Shown: piece after piece, positions 36,224 through 45,113 of the stretch
Position numbering within the stretch: position 1 is the stretch's first letter
Layout of the letters: every line of letters begins with the position of its first letter
From: Coriobacteriia bacterium
GTDB taxonomy: Bacteria; Actinomycetota; Coriobacteriia; Coriobacteriales; UMGS124
Assembly: GCA_963930185.1 (NCBI GenBank)
Contig: CAWVLT010000044.1
Span: 45,403 to 109,402, forward strand
Direction of reading: 5' to 3'
Length of the DNA: 64,000 nucleotides
Program-made: the position numbers and the translations under genes
The notes under the pieces: generated by a model
Database searches by the model: none
Told to the model about the DNA's origin: nothing
The model's input: the letters and a program-made list of their open reading frames with translations, nothing else

Positions 36224-37141
36224 ATGGACACCGAGAAGGTGCGCGAGTTCATCACGTTTAGCCGATGCATGAGCTTTCGGGCTGCGGCGCGCGAGCTGAG
36301 CATGAGCCAACCCACACTGAGTCAGCACGTGCGCGATCTCGAGCGTGAGCTCGGAGCCACCCTCGTGCGTCGCGGCGTAGCGGGCGCGCCCAACGAGCTG
36401 ACGCCGGCCGGCGTGCGGTTCGTGGAGCTTGGCGGGCAGATCCTGGCATGCTATGAGCGCGCCCTGCGCGAATGCGCGGACATCGCGGGCATGCCCGCTC
36501 CGGCTCGCATCCAAGATCTGAACAGCGGCTATGGCATCAGTGGCCAGCTCAAGAGGGCATTCGAGGGACAGGGGTATTCAAGCGTAAGCGTCACGTACGT
36601 GAAGACGGACCTCCCCGTCATCGACGCCCTGGACACGGGGGTCGTGGACTTTGGCCTGCATTCCGAGGCGGCGCCGCGCATGGAGCACTTCGCCAGGCCG
36701 GGCCTTTGCGAGCGGTATGGCTGGCTGTCGCTCGAGCCCGAGCGGCTTGGCGTGCTCATGGGCGCGGCCAACCCGCTGGCAGATCGAGCATGCCTGCGCG
36801 TGGCAGATCTGGGGGAAGTCGAGGTCTTCTGCGCCTCATCTCCTTCGTATGCCAGCTGGTTCAGCGCGATCCCTCGCGCGTTTGCCGCAGAGGGGGTGGC
36901 GCTTCGGCTTTCCCCGAGCCCGGACTATGCGCGCGACGGCGGCGCGCTTCCCTTGGGTGACGACCGACTCTCCGTGGTGACGGAAAAGTATGCGGACTAC
37001 TATGCCCGCCTCGAGGTCGAGGACGTCCGCTTCCTGAGATTCTCCGATGCCGAGCTCTGCATCTACCCGTTTCTCGTGTACCGCAGGGACAACGACGCCC
37101 CCATGGTCCGGCGGGTGCTGGAGTGCATGGGGGCGTCGTAG
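36224..37141 (+). CDS. LysR-family transcriptional regulator
   Basis: HTH VREFITFSRCMSFRAAARELSMSQPTLSQHVRDLERELGATLVRR. RBS GGGGGAGGG. Confidence 0.85.
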   Translation: MDTEKVREFITFSRCMSFRAAARELSMSQPTLSQHVRDLERELGATLVRRGVAGAPNELTPAGVRFVELGGQILACYERALRECADIAGMPAPARIQDLNSGYGISGQLKRAFEGQGYSSVSVTYVKTDLPVIDALDTGVVDFGLHSEAAPRMEHFARPGLCERYGWLSLEPERLGVLMGAANPLADRACLRVADLGEVEVFCASSPSYASWFSAIPRAFAAEGVALRLSPSPDYARDGGALPLGDDRLSVVTEKYADYYARLEVEDVRFLRFSDAELCIYPFLVYRRDNDAPMVRRVLECMGAS

Positions 37142-37256
37142 CAGGGTGTTCGGCTTTCCAGGCTTACCCTTGGCGGTGCTTCTTACGCGCATGTTGCTGG
37201 GTGTTGGCGGTCGTTGCGCGGGGCGGTCAGCACCCAGCGGATCTCCCTCGTCCCTC

Positions 37257-38306
37257 TTACACCCAGGCCGAGGCGATGTCGTCCACGATCTCCTGGGCGG
37301 AGAGCACGCTCGTGATCATGTCGACGGCGCAGCTCATGCCAACGGCGTACTCGTCAAAGTTGCCGTCGCGCATGGAGTTCCACAGGGCGACAGCGATGCC
37401 AGCCTCCTCGAACAGCGTATCAGCGTCCACGCCCTGCTTGTACTCTTCCACGATGCGCTCGGAGAGCGGCGTGCGCGTCACGCGGATGCGCAGCGGGTCG
37501 ATGGGCATGACGATGAGGTCCTGTGCGCGTGCGTTGACGATGACGTCCTTGGCGCCCTCGGAGCAGGGGCTTTCCGTGCAGGCGAGGAAGCGCGTGCCCA
37601 CGAAGGCACCCTCGGCGCCGAGCAGGGCGGCGGCAGAGGCGGTCTGGGCATTCACGATGCCGCCGGCGGCGAGGATCGGGATGTCCAGCTTGCCCTGGAG
37701 GTTGGCCAGGTGCGTGGTGATGGGGATGTCAAGATTCGGGCCGCAGCCGCCGCAGCCATGCCCCACGATGACGACGGCGTCTGCGCCGGCGTCCTGCAGG
37801 GCGAGCGCGTTTTCCACCGTGGGGTTCAGGTCTTTCACGAACACGGTGAGGTCGTGGTTCTTGAGCGTGGTGACGGTCTCCAGCATGTCGTCGATGGAGT
37901 AGCCGTTCTCGTAGGTGGCGGCGCCGTACTGGGCGAGGTAGGCGATGCTCACACCGTGGCTTTTGATCATCTCGCAGGAGTCGTCGTCAAAGTTGTAGTT
38001 GGCGACGGCGAACGGCTTGTCGGTGAGCTCCGCAGTTGCGGCGATCTCCTCTTCCGTGGGCAGGGCGAGCACACCCAGACCGCCGGCGTTGCTCACGGCG
38101 GCGGCGAGTTCCGGTGAGGTCAGCGAGCACATCATGGCCTGCACCACGGGCTTCTCAATGCCGAACAGCTGGCAGATGCGGTTGGCGGACGCACCGTCTG
38201 CCTCCTCGTCTGCCCACGCCTTGCCGGCCATGCCAAGTCCCGCGACGCCTGCCGCGGCCAGCGCGGTGCTCTTTAGAAACGCGCCTCTCGTCAGTGTCTG
38301 CTGCAT
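37257..38306 (-). CDS. NMO / FabK-like FMN oxidoreductase with N-terminal signal peptide
   Basis: Leader MQQTLTRGAFLKSTALAAAGVAGLGMAGKAWA followed by DEE. NMO-family blocks SNAGGLGVLA, IPILAAGGI, ALLGAEGAFVGTRFLACTES. The usual EAGGH block reads GHGCGGCG. ATG 38306 has a GGGAGG RBS. Confidence 0.8.
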   Translation of the reverse strand: MQQTLTRGAFLKSTALAAAGVAGLGMAGKAWADEEADGASANRICQLFGIEKPVVQAMMCSLTSPELAAAVSNAGGLGVLALPTEEEIAATAELTDKPFAVANYNFDDDSCEMIKSHGVSIAYLAQYGAATYENGYSIDDMLETVTTLKNHDLTVFVKDLNPTVENALALQDAGADAVVIVGHGCGGCGPNLDIPITTHLANLQGKLDIPILAAGGIVNAQTASAAALLGAEGAFVGTRFLACTESPCSEGAKDVIVNARAQDLIVMPIDPLRIRVTRTPLSERIVEEYKQGVDADTLFEEAGIAVALWNSMRDGNFDEYAVGMSCAVDMITSVLSAQEIVDDIASAWV

Positions 38307-38576
38307 GGTAATGAGCCTCCCTTTGACGTTGCGCGGACCCTTTTGCCCGCTTTCGAGGCCTATTGTATGTGCGCGTTCTACCTGCAAGGATAGAGGGATT
38401 CGCGATGGTCGATAGCATGTGGCTATTGCTGATTGCGTTTTACTATCGCCTCTGCCAGTACGGGTGATTCGATGGTGAACCGGAGGAGCTGGTCAAAAGA
38501 AGGCCGGGCGCTGTCTGGGTGTCGGAGGGTTTGCCGACGGGCCCATCAGGCGAATCACCGACCGGTGTGACGGGTG

Positions 38577-39074
38577 CTAGCGCGTCTTGGATTTGAGGAG
38601 GGTAACCATGTCCGAGGGCGACAGGCATGCGATACTTGCATGTTTCCTCAGGGCGTCATCGCTCGTCACGAAGTAGTCTGCCCCGCTATGCTCTGCGGCG
38701 GCGAGAACGAGGTCATCCTCAAAGTCATCGTGAAGGGCGCGTAGGTCGCGTGCTCGAAGACATTCCGGCCTTCTGAGAGGGACGATCTCGGCGATATCTA
38801 GCGTCTGCTCGACACATGCCCAAGCGATTTTTGACGCTATCCGAGCATCTACCTGGATAAGTGCGCCTTTTTCTTTGCGGACAGATTGCTTGATGTGGGC
38901 AGATACGAGATAGAACAGATCCTTTAGGGAAACAGCGGCAATATATGGCGTTGTTCCAAGTTTCCAAAGCAGTCCGATGAGTTCGGTACAGGCTCCGCCT
39001 TGCGGTTGTCGCCCGAGATGGTAGTCGACGAGAACGTTGGTATCGAGGAAGACGTTGGGTGCGGTGTTAGGCAT
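38577..39074 (-). CDS. PIN-domain (VapC-like) toxin
   Basis: MPNTAPNVFLDTNVLVDYHLG... and C-terminal YFVTSDD. The start overlaps the upstream antitoxin stop by 8 nt (ATGCCTAA). Confidence 0.8.
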   Translation of the reverse strand: MPNTAPNVFLDTNVLVDYHLGRQPQGGACTELIGLLWKLGTTPYIAAVSLKDLFYLVSAHIKQSVRKEKGALIQVDARIASKIAWACVEQTLDIAEIVPLRRPECLRARDLRALHDDFEDDLVLAAAEHSGADYFVTSDDALRKHASIACLSPSDMVTLLKSKTR

Positions 39075-39423
39075 GGCGTTCCACCTCGTACTCGGATAGC
39101 TTGCATTCGTACATCTCCTCACGCATCTCTTTGTAGCTTGGCAATGTCGAGGGGCTGAGATCTATGCCTTCTTGCCGCGCCAAGGTTGCTGCCATACCCT
39201 CGCCGGCTTCGATTCGTGCGAGCTTGGCGCGAAGCGTCTCATCGGACTCTTGGGCTTCTGCGTCTGGGTTACGTATGAAGTCGGGTAAGCTTTGCTTTGC
39301 GACGAGATGACGCCACAGGGAACGAATTGCGCGGGATGGCGAAATCCCATAGCGAGAAAGCACGGCATCACCATCTGCCTTGAGCTGGGAATCGATGCGA
39401 AGATTCATCTGCGTTGCAGGCAT
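39067..39423 (-). CDS. RelB/DinJ-type antitoxin
   Basis: MPATQMNLRIDSQLKADGDAVLSRYGISPSRAIRSLWRHLV resembles the DinJ N-terminal RHH. Confidence 0.75.
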   Translation of the reverse strand: MPATQMNLRIDSQLKADGDAVLSRYGISPSRAIRSLWRHLVAKQSLPDFIRNPDAEAQESDETLRAKLARIEAGEGMAATLARQEGIDLSPSTLPSYKEMREEMYECKLSEYEVERHA

Positions 39424-39598
39424 TGGCTCTCACCCTTTCAGGCCTGAATACATGATTGCTACTAGACGTATAGAAAGTGTAGCACGGCGTTGTGCGTGGT
39501 AAAGGGCCGATGCGGAAGCCTATAAGCTGGATTCACTCCCCTTCTTTTGTCTGCGCATCCGGAGAGCCTCTCATTTGCCTTGCCCCTTCGTCCCTGTC

Positions 39599-41062
39599 TC
39601 ATCTCCCGATGTGCTGAGTCTCATCTCCCGTGATGCCCACCAGGTCCTCGAGCAACTCGTCGCGCGAATGGACGCCGGTCTTGGCATAGAGGTGCTTGAG
39701 GTGCGTGCGCACGGTGCTCGGCGAGACGCCCAGACGCCGGGCGGCCATGTCGACGGTCCAGCCGTGCGCGATGAGGGTGAGCGTCTGCGCCTCCCGGGAG
39801 GTGAGCCTCGAAGCATCGGCGATCTCTTTGCAGCGCAGGGCGATGGGCGAGTTCTCCACGTCCACTATCGGGGAGGACGCCTCGCTGCTTTCGGCTTCGC
39901 CCGCCTCTTTCGTGCGTGCGTCGCGTTCGATCGGGGCGGCCACGTGCTGGAAGAGCACGAGGAACAGTAGGAGGAAGTAGGTGGCGATGAAGCAGACGAT
40001 AACGTTGGACATGCCAATTGATGACCTTGTCACCCACATGCCAATGCCAGTACTCAACACCGTCGATAGCAAAACGACGATCTGGATCCCCCAGAATCTA
40101 TGAGGCCTCTCGCCGGGGCTGCCGGCATGTCGGGCAAAGACGCAGAGCAGAGAGCAGATTGCAACTAGTTGGAACGTGAGAGAAATTGCTGACGAGATCA
40201 CGATTGTCAGTCGGTTTGGGATGGAGAGCAGCAGGAGCCCCGTCGATGCGACGATGGACGAGATGGAAGCAAGGAGCAGGATGGAAATCCTGCCTCTGAT
40301 CGACGGCAGAAGAAGGATTATGAGAGCGGCGATAATAAAGATCGCCACTGTCAGAGTGTCTTGAAAATTGCCGAGCACTGTCGTGGCGACTAGCCCTTCG
40401 TTCCGATCGTTGAAAACTGCTATGGGTAGGGTTCCGCTTGAAAATCCGATTGCTGCGGTGCACAGGTATAGCAAGGCCAGGGGGTGTCCGGCGAGCTCGG
40501 GCGGAAGGTTCCTTGATGGAAGCGCCGTGACACGCTGTAGGCACGCCTTGCATGAAAAGAACCATGCGATTGCGAGTATCCCGCAGATGACGCACGCCGA
40601 GCCGGGTAGCGTATAGGAGATCAGACAGTTGAGCATTGCCGCTATGACCGAGCCCCCGAGGGCCGCCGGCACAAAGTTGCTTGGCGACGATAGGCGGCAG
40701 TAGTCAAACATGTGGTATGCGTTGATGGAATTACCGGCAGCGAAGAGGAGTCCGGCTGGGATGACGCGCACATACGTGAAGATGCCGTTTGCGCTCGCCG
40801 GCCCCAGTATTGTCAGTGACCAAACGACGCCGAGCAGAAAGACGGCACAGGTTATCAATGGGGAAACATGGTCAAACAGGGGGAAGCGGCGCGTGGCCGC
40901 CCAGAGGACGATACAAAGTAGAATCTGCGTGCCAACGAGGGAGAGCAGAACGAGCGTGCTCGATGCTCGGGCGATCAGGAAGGTTTCGCTTACCAGAACC
41001 AAGGTCAGGCTGAGGGCCCAGTAGGTGACTTCGACCCATCGTTTAGCCCAGTAATCAGCCAC
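39599..41062 (-). CDS. polytopic membrane LuxR-type regulator
   Basis: Hydrophobic body followed by LTSREAQTLTLIAHGWTVDMAARRLGVSPSTVRTHLKHLYAKTGVHSRDEL. GTG 41062 follows a run of G (AGGGGGGGG). The longer ORF-track start was rejected. Confidence 0.8.
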   Translation of the reverse strand: MADYWAKRWVEVTYWALSLTLVLVSETFLIARASSTLVLLSLVGTQILLCIVLWAATRRFPLFDHVSPLITCAVFLLGVVWSLTILGPASANGIFTYVRVIPAGLLFAAGNSINAYHMFDYCRLSSPSNFVPAALGGSVIAAMLNCLISYTLPGSACVICGILAIAWFFSCKACLQRVTALPSRNLPPELAGHPLALLYLCTAAIGFSSGTLPIAVFNDRNEGLVATTVLGNFQDTLTVAIFIIAALIILLLPSIRGRISILLLASISSIVASTGLLLLSIPNRLTIVISSAISLTFQLVAICSLLCVFARHAGSPGERPHRFWGIQIVVLLSTVLSTGIGMWVTRSSIGMSNVIVCFIATYFLLLFLVLFQHVAAPIERDARTKEAGEAESSEASSPIVDVENSPIALRCKEIADASRLTSREAQTLTLIAHGWTVDMAARRLGVSPSTVRTHLKHLYAKTGVHSRDELLEDLVGITGDETQHIGR

Positions 41063-41243
41063 GTTTTGCCCCCCCCTGAGTATCGAGCGTATATGCGCGT
41101 TACATTTTAGCAGGCCAAACGGGGGTGTTCGCCTTTTTGCGCATAAAGGCTGACCCGCTATTCTATGAGCGGGCCAGCCTTTGGTGTCACGAAAAGACGT
41201 TTGATCGGGTGCGCTCAGTGTCCCGGGCAATCATTGGGATGCC

Positions 41244-43007
41244 CTATGCGCCAAGCACCTCGGCTGCGGCGTTCTCGCCGGCGAGCTTGCCGAAGGTGAT
41301 GGCGGTTCCCAGGGAGATGCCAGCCACAGTGACGGGATACTCAACCAGGAAGCGGCCGCCCATCGTGTTGCCTGCGACGAACAGGCCGGGCACGATCTGG
41401 TCATCGGGGGTCAGCGCATGCATGTCAAGGTCGCACTTGATACCACCGCAGCAAACGAGAATCGAGGTCTGGTCGAACTTGGTGGCGTAATACGGAGGCG
41501 TGTCCAGGCGGAACATGCGCCTGGGGTCTTTGCCAAAGTCTTCGTCCTCCCCCTTGTCGCATAGTTCGTTGTAGCGCTCGATTTGAGCGACAACGGTGTC
41601 GACCGGGAGTTCCATCTTCTCGGCGAGCTCCTCAATGGTGTCAGCCTGGCAGGTGATGCCGGTCTTGAAGAGGGCGGGGTCGCCGTTGAGGAACACCTCG
41701 TCGGTCACATAGCCAAGGAAGACGGAGTTCATGATCCACGGCTTCTCGGCTGCCTCTTCGGCGCTCATCCAGTGGTTTACGTAGCCGTGACCGGTGGGCT
41801 GGGCTTCCAGCTCATCGCGCCACTTGTCGTCGAGGATCTGCCAGGAGAACCCGCCGGGCTGGCGAGACAGCTGGTCCTGGATATTCTGACCGGGAATGTC
41901 CTCGTTCATGAAGCGCTCGCCTTGGCTGTTAAGCTGCAGGAAGGAGTCGACACCCAGGGGACCACCCATGTGGTGAGTCATGGGAGCGTACGGGCCGAGC
42001 TCCATGCCGGCGCCCGCCCAGATTGCCATGCGATGCCCGTCGCCAGTGTTGGACTTGTTGCCCTGCGAGTCAACGCGCATGTAAGAGCTGGCGAACTGGG
42101 TGGCGTGAGGAACAAGGTCCTTCATCATTTCCGGATTGCTCGAGAAATCTCCGCAGGAAAGGATGACAGCCTTAGCGTTGAACTTGGTGTAGTTGCCGTC
42201 GACATCATGGGCATAGGCACCGATGACAGCGCCAGACTCATCGGTAATGAGCTGTTCGGCGTACATGCCGTAAATGAAGGTGGCACCAGCAGCCTGGGCC
42301 TTGTCGACGCAGTTCTGCATGACCCATTGCGAGCTCGGCAGCGTCATAAGCGTACCGTGGAAGTAGGGATAGTACTCCTCTTTCCAATCATAGCCTTCGA
42401 GGGCGGGGAACATCTTGGGACGGACGTAGAGCTCCTTGGTGGGTTCGGCTATCGAGCTTTCGAGCAGCTGGTAATCAACACCCTCGATACACCAGTCGAA
42501 CGCCTCGCCGGAGTGCTCGTACCAGTAGTTGAGCAGCCTTGGGTTCGGACGGTAGCACATGTCCTTCATGAGCTGCATGACTACGGTGTTCTTTGACTCC
42601 CACTCAATACCAAGCTCTTCCTGAAGCTTGGAGCCGATCACGCCAAAATCCTGTGATGCAGGCACAAAGCCCAAGTCGGCGCCCTTGTCGATGGCGATGA
42701 CCTTGGCGCCCGCCTCGGCAGCTGCGCGGGCGGCAGGGTTGCCGGCGGTGCCGGCGCCGATGACGAGTACGTCACAGTCCTGCTCGTCGACGATCTTATC
42801 GGCGGAAGGGATCTCGGGTGGCACCATGTAGCTGGGGGTGGCGGTCATGACGTCATAGGTCTGTGCTGCGGCCTCGCCCTCGGTTGCAGCCTCGCCCTCG
42901 GTCGCCTCTTCGGCGATTGCTGCGGCGGCCGGTGCCGCGACGCCCAGGGCGGCCGCGCCCAGGGCGGCCGACTTCACGAACCCACGCCTGTCGAGCATCT
43001 CACTCAT
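41244..43007 (-). CDS. Tat-signal FAD-dependent reductase (FAD_binding_2), GC-rich paralog B
   Basis: Leader MSEMLDRRGFVKSAALGAAALGVAAPAAAAIA; DVLVIGAGTAGNPAARAAAEAG; VPGLFVAGNTMGGR. Long colinear similarity to 27441-29264. RBS AAAGGAGG. Confidence 0.85.
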   Translation of the reverse strand: MSEMLDRRGFVKSAALGAAALGVAAPAAAAIAEEATEGEAATEGEAAAQTYDVMTATPSYMVPPEIPSADKIVDEQDCDVLVIGAGTAGNPAARAAAEAGAKVIAIDKGADLGFVPASQDFGVIGSKLQEELGIEWESKNTVVMQLMKDMCYRPNPRLLNYWYEHSGEAFDWCIEGVDYQLLESSIAEPTKELYVRPKMFPALEGYDWKEEYYPYFHGTLMTLPSSQWVMQNCVDKAQAAGATFIYGMYAEQLITDESGAVIGAYAHDVDGNYTKFNAKAVILSCGDFSSNPEMMKDLVPHATQFASSYMRVDSQGNKSNTGDGHRMAIWAGAGMELGPYAPMTHHMGGPLGVDSFLQLNSQGERFMNEDIPGQNIQDQLSRQPGGFSWQILDDKWRDELEAQPTGHGYVNHWMSAEEAAEKPWIMNSVFLGYVTDEVFLNGDPALFKTGITCQADTIEELAEKMELPVDTVVAQIERYNELCDKGEDEDFGKDPRRMFRLDTPPYYATKFDQTSILVCCGGIKCDLDMHALTPDDQIVPGLFVAGNTMGGRFLVEYPVTVAGISLGTAITFGKLAGENAAAEVLGA

Positions 43008-43353
43008 GGCAATCCTCCTTTGTGTGCGTATGGGTGCGCACGTTGGGTGCATGCATGGCCGTGTGCCTGCACGCTGGTTATCAAGGTAGTGCTGCCTCGC
43101 TTTGCTGGCTTCTCGCAAGTTGGGGTGGTTGACGGAAAACGGCTACCCCAGATTGGGGCAGTCGTGCAAAATCGCAGGTCAAAGACATCAAGTTGCCTGC
43201 CGCGCCTGTGATTTGATCTGTGTCTGCGTGCGTATAAGACGAGGTAGGATACAGCACGCTGGTTTTCTTGTCGGCATTGCTCACACCCGCAATTCGCTGC
43301 TCGCGCGCGGGGAGAAGCCAAGAAGGCACGTTCGCTCATAGGAGGAGGTTCCC

Positions 43354-44952
43354 ATGGACAACGATAGCTTGGCAAACAGGCAGATGACACGCAGGGGCTT
43401 TGCCGGAGCGGCGCTCGGTGGTCTGGTGGCGCTGGGTGCGTCGGTGGCGAGCTCGCGCGCTGCGCTCGCTGACGAGGCGGGGTCGAGCGCTTCTATGGAT
43501 GCCCTGTCCTCTGGTGCAGACGCTCTGGCTGGCTCGGACGCGTCTGGTGAGGGCGGCGCTGCGGGTCAGGGGGCGTCCGGCTCGGGCGTCGTCGGCGGTA
43601 CCGACGCCGTGACCGCGCTCAACGAGGTGGCCTATCCCCAGCCGGTTGCCTCTGGAGATTACTACGATTACATCCAGGCGCTCGACGTTGATTCGTGGGG
43701 TGAGGAGCTCTTCTCGGCGATTGCCGCGTTCGCTGACAACCTTACGTGTTATGGCATCGGCCAGGGGATCGGTTCCCAGGACGACGCCGCCGGAGCGACC
43801 GGCCTCGCCAGCCCCGTGAACCAGTGCCTCTCGCCGGTGAGCGCCTATCTCGCGCTCGCCCTGCTCGCACAGGGGGCACGTGGCGAGACGCAGGCGCAGC
43901 TCTTCGACGTGCTTGGCGTGGGCGCATCCGACGCGGATGGTGCAGCCAGCGCGAGCTCCGCCACTGACGCCGCCGAAGGGCCGGCCCTGTCCGCCGCGAA
44001 CTTCGCAGGGACGTGCTCGCGGCTCATCCAGCTGCTTTGGGCTCAGAACACTCCCGAGGACGACTCGTGCCCGGGCATCCTGCAGGTCGCGAACTCCGTG
44101 TGGGCACGCGTCGACGTACCGATCGAGCAGACTTTCCTGGACGTGGCGACCAGGGACTTCACGGCCGAGTGCTATCGGGTCGACGAGGTGGGCCCCGCGG
44201 CCGGCTCGGCCATGGGCGAGTGGATTGGCGAGCACACGGGCGGCAACCTCTCGCCTCAGATCCAGCTCGACGCGCAGTGGATCATGAGCATCATCAACAC
44301 GGTGTGGTTCAAAGCCGGCTGGAGCGACGCGTTTGACGAGGCGAACACCGCGCCCGACGTTTTCCATGCGGCGTCTGGCGATGTGGAGTGCGACTTCATG
44401 TCGCGCATCCGCACGTGCTCGGTGGTGCGGGGTACGGGGTACCAACTTGCGTCGCTTCCCCTAGCCACGGGCGCGAGCCTTCTGCTGATGCTTCCCGACG
44501 AGGGCATCGACCCCCGCGCGTTCCTTGGGCGCGCCGGCGGTATCTCGCGGCTCTGGGGGCAGATCGGCACATCATCGGAGCTTGTGGAGGCCACGTTCTA
44601 CGTGCCCAAGGTCTCGTTTTCCCGCACAACTCAGCTGGCCGACGTGCTGAAGCAGATGGGCGTCACTCTGGCGTTTGGAGAGGCCGGGACCGATGGCACC
44701 GGTGCAGACCTCTCGGGCATCTCCGAGGCAGCCGGCCACGTGAGCGCGGTCGAGCAGGGCACGCGCTTCTCGATGAACGAACATGGCGTGGAGGCGAGCG
44801 CGTATACCATGGTGGCCATAGCCATGGCGGCCCTGCCGCAGGATCTCGAGCAGGTTGAGCTGCGCTTCGATCACCCGTTTGCCTTCCGCCTGGTCGACCG
44901 CAACGGCATCGTGCTGTTCGACGGCGTGGTGGACGACCCGACGGCCGAGTAG
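43354..44952 (+). CDS. serpin-family protease inhibitor with Tat-type leader
   Basis: Leader NRQMTRRGFAGAALGGLVALGASVASSRAALA, then a Ser/Gly/Ala-rich linker and a serpin body. Hinge/RCL region NEHGVEASAYTMVAIAMAALPQ and C-terminal FDHPFAFRLVDRNGIVLFDGVVDDP. RBS AGGAGGAGG. Confidence 0.85.
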   Translation: MDNDSLANRQMTRRGFAGAALGGLVALGASVASSRAALADEAGSSASMDALSSGADALAGSDASGEGGAAGQGASGSGVVGGTDAVTALNEVAYPQPVASGDYYDYIQALDVDSWGEELFSAIAAFADNLTCYGIGQGIGSQDDAAGATGLASPVNQCLSPVSAYLALALLAQGARGETQAQLFDVLGVGASDADGAASASSATDAAEGPALSAANFAGTCSRLIQLLWAQNTPEDDSCPGILQVANSVWARVDVPIEQTFLDVATRDFTAECYRVDEVGPAAGSAMGEWIGEHTGGNLSPQIQLDAQWIMSIINTVWFKAGWSDAFDEANTAPDVFHAASGDVECDFMSRIRTCSVVRGTGYQLASLPLATGASLLLMLPDEGIDPRAFLGRAGGISRLWGQIGTSSELVEATFYVPKVSFSRTTQLADVLKQMGVTLAFGEAGTDGTGADLSGISEAAGHVSAVEQGTRFSMNEHGVEASAYTMVAIAMAALPQDLEQVELRFDHPFAFRLVDRNGIVLFDGVVDDPTAE

Positions 44953-45113
44953 GCGAGGCGGGCCGCCCGCGTGCCCATGTGGCCGCGGGTGGCCCGCTTT
45001 GAAAGGCGCGTAGATGATATGACATGGACGTTCGCCTTCGGTGGGATAGGCGCTATGGGCTGTTGCTGGCGACATTTCCGACGAGGCAAAATACGCTATT
45101 AGGGAACGGGGTC

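Noticed and set aside
36224-38306. LysR 36224-37141 as the dedicated regulator of the exported NMO-like enzyme
   Set aside because: The two genes are convergent (tail to tail), not divergent, and the LysR gene is divergent from hslO instead. Adjacency alone is insufficient, so no regulatory link is claimed.
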